NCBI RefSeq assembly: GCF_006345805.1
Contig: NC_043006.1
Coordinates: 101,990,001 to 102,054,000, forward strand
Direction: 5' to 3'
DNA length: 64,000 bases
From: Octopus sinensis
Taxonomy: Eukaryota
Shown: positions 62,425 to 64,000 of the stretch, one piece after another
How the letters are laid out: the number at the start of each line of letters is the position of its first letter
How positions within the stretch are numbered: the stretch's first letter is position 1
Position numbers and translations under genes: made by a program
Notes under the pieces: generated by a model
Seen by the model: the letters and a program-made list of their open reading frames with translations, nothing else
The model's database searches: none
Told to the model about the DNA's origin: nothing

Positions 62425-63369
62425 AAGTCTGTTGGAAATAGCAGTTAAAATTTTCAAGTTACACCCTCTTATCTCCAAAATACAAAGATACATTGAATAA
62501 AGTAGGTTTAAATAAGATACACTATGACTGAATGAAAGATTGGACGGTCACAGTTGGAATGTCTTTGTTCATATGTTTGTTCAGTCATGTCTGACCTGTG
62601 GTTGAACAACAACTACTACTACTACTCCTAGTCGTTTGGCCATTATAGTTCCTCAACCTGAACTAAAACCATTCATTGATCTTTTGCTTTTGCTGCATCT
62701 ATTATGACATATCATTATGATTTATCTTTTCTCTCTTCTCTCTCTCTTTGCTATCTAATTCTATCTCTCTGTCTCCCACCCACCCCTCTCTCTCTCTCTC
62801 TCTCTGCTAAATACTTCTTTCTTTTGCTATCTGTTTCTCCAGATCAGAATTTTGTTGTTTGTATTTCTGTCTAATCTCTAAAACACTTTCTGTTTCATTG
62901 AATATTTTTCTCTTAGTTAATTTTATCTGTGATAAAAAAAAAAGAAGAAAATAAAAGGAAACAAACACATACACACTCTCTTCCTTCCCCTCATATACAT
63001 ACACATGCATACACACACACACACACACACACACTTTCGAATATATTTGTGTTTATACATGCTGACATACACATGTATGTATGTGTATGAACTATTTCTT
63101 GTGTGACTAAATTGAATCACCTAGCAAAAGAAATTCTTGCTTTGATCATTTCAGATAATGAAATAGTAATTTTGTGTTATAATTTAAATTTGTCTTATAC
63201 TTAAGAAAAAAAAAATAAATAAATAAAAGACTAAGCAATGCTGTAAAATAAGAGGTTTTAGTTGGAAAAAGACGGTGGGTAAAATTATTGGAAATAAAAG
63301 AAGTAATTGAAAATATATTTGCTTTAATTCTGTTTTACATTGATATTGATTTTGTTCTACAAGATCTGT

Positions 63370-63857
63370 ATTGTTGTTGTTACTACTACTACTACTACTG
63401 CTACTAATACTTTGATTATTACTTCCATTGCTATTCTATGATAAATTATTACTACAACTTCTACAAATAGTACTATTGCTTCTAGTGTTACAAATACTAA
63501 TGCTGTAGCTGTTGCTGTGACTACAACTCAACACAAATACACATTCGCTACTACCATCATCACCATCATCACCATCTGCAACTACCGCTACTACTACCAC
63601 TTCCACCACCAGTACTATCTTTACCTACTACTACTACTACCACCACCAGTACTATCTTTACCTACTACTACTACTACTACTACCACCACCATGGCTATTT
63701 CCAATGCTCTAACTATTGTGATGACTACTACTATTGATGATGATGATGATGATGCTACTACTACCACTCCAATGATACTAATATTACTCATACAAATACA
63801 TAACCAATCTTCACTAACTCACTCTCTCACTCTCACACAAACACAATCATTTATTGT

Positions 63858-63920
<63 letters not shown>

Positions 63921-63925
63921 TGTTG
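63370..63925. repeat. (ACT)n/(CAC)n/(GAT)n low complexity followed by (GT)n
   Basis: Direct inspection. Confidence 0.85.
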
Positions 63926-64000
63926 TGGCAAAGAAAATTGCAGAAAAGGAAATGTTTCATTTCATCTTTGAGACGGTAGTTTTGACTTTTATATAAAATT

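Noticed and set aside
63517-63996. 159-aa Thr-rich mucin-like ORF
   Set aside because: Trinucleotide and (GT)n low complexity; no splice or domain support.

Overview
AT-rich eukaryotic DNA dense in microsatellites and transposons. The SINE, RTE-tail and MITE repertoire suggests a cephalopod, probably Octopus (inference, not verified). No host protein-coding gene could be assigned with confidence: nearly all listed ORFs are microsatellite read-throughs, SINE antisense frames or LINE debris. The dominant feature is a young, 5'-truncated RTE-clade LINE (36070-41137). It encodes a partial APE endonuclease, a reverse transcriptase and a C4HC3 PHD finger inserted just behind the RT core, and is broken by a single frameshift. 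Its stop codon and proximal 3' UTR are amplified into a six-unit, ~2 kb array organised as a duplicated trimer. It sits in an ~8 kb nest of LINE insertions separated by (TA)n tracts, and two LINE copies in the window show twin-priming-type 5' inversions. A 1084-bp tandem duplication (6768-8935) carries inverted Penelope-like termini whose arms fold as minimal type I hammerhead ribozymes; a second hammerhead-like family occurs three times. The rest comprises at least three SINE families, piggyBac-, hAT- and mariner-like MITEs, Helitron/Helentron-like elements, and old R4-like, L2, CR1 and RTE remnants.
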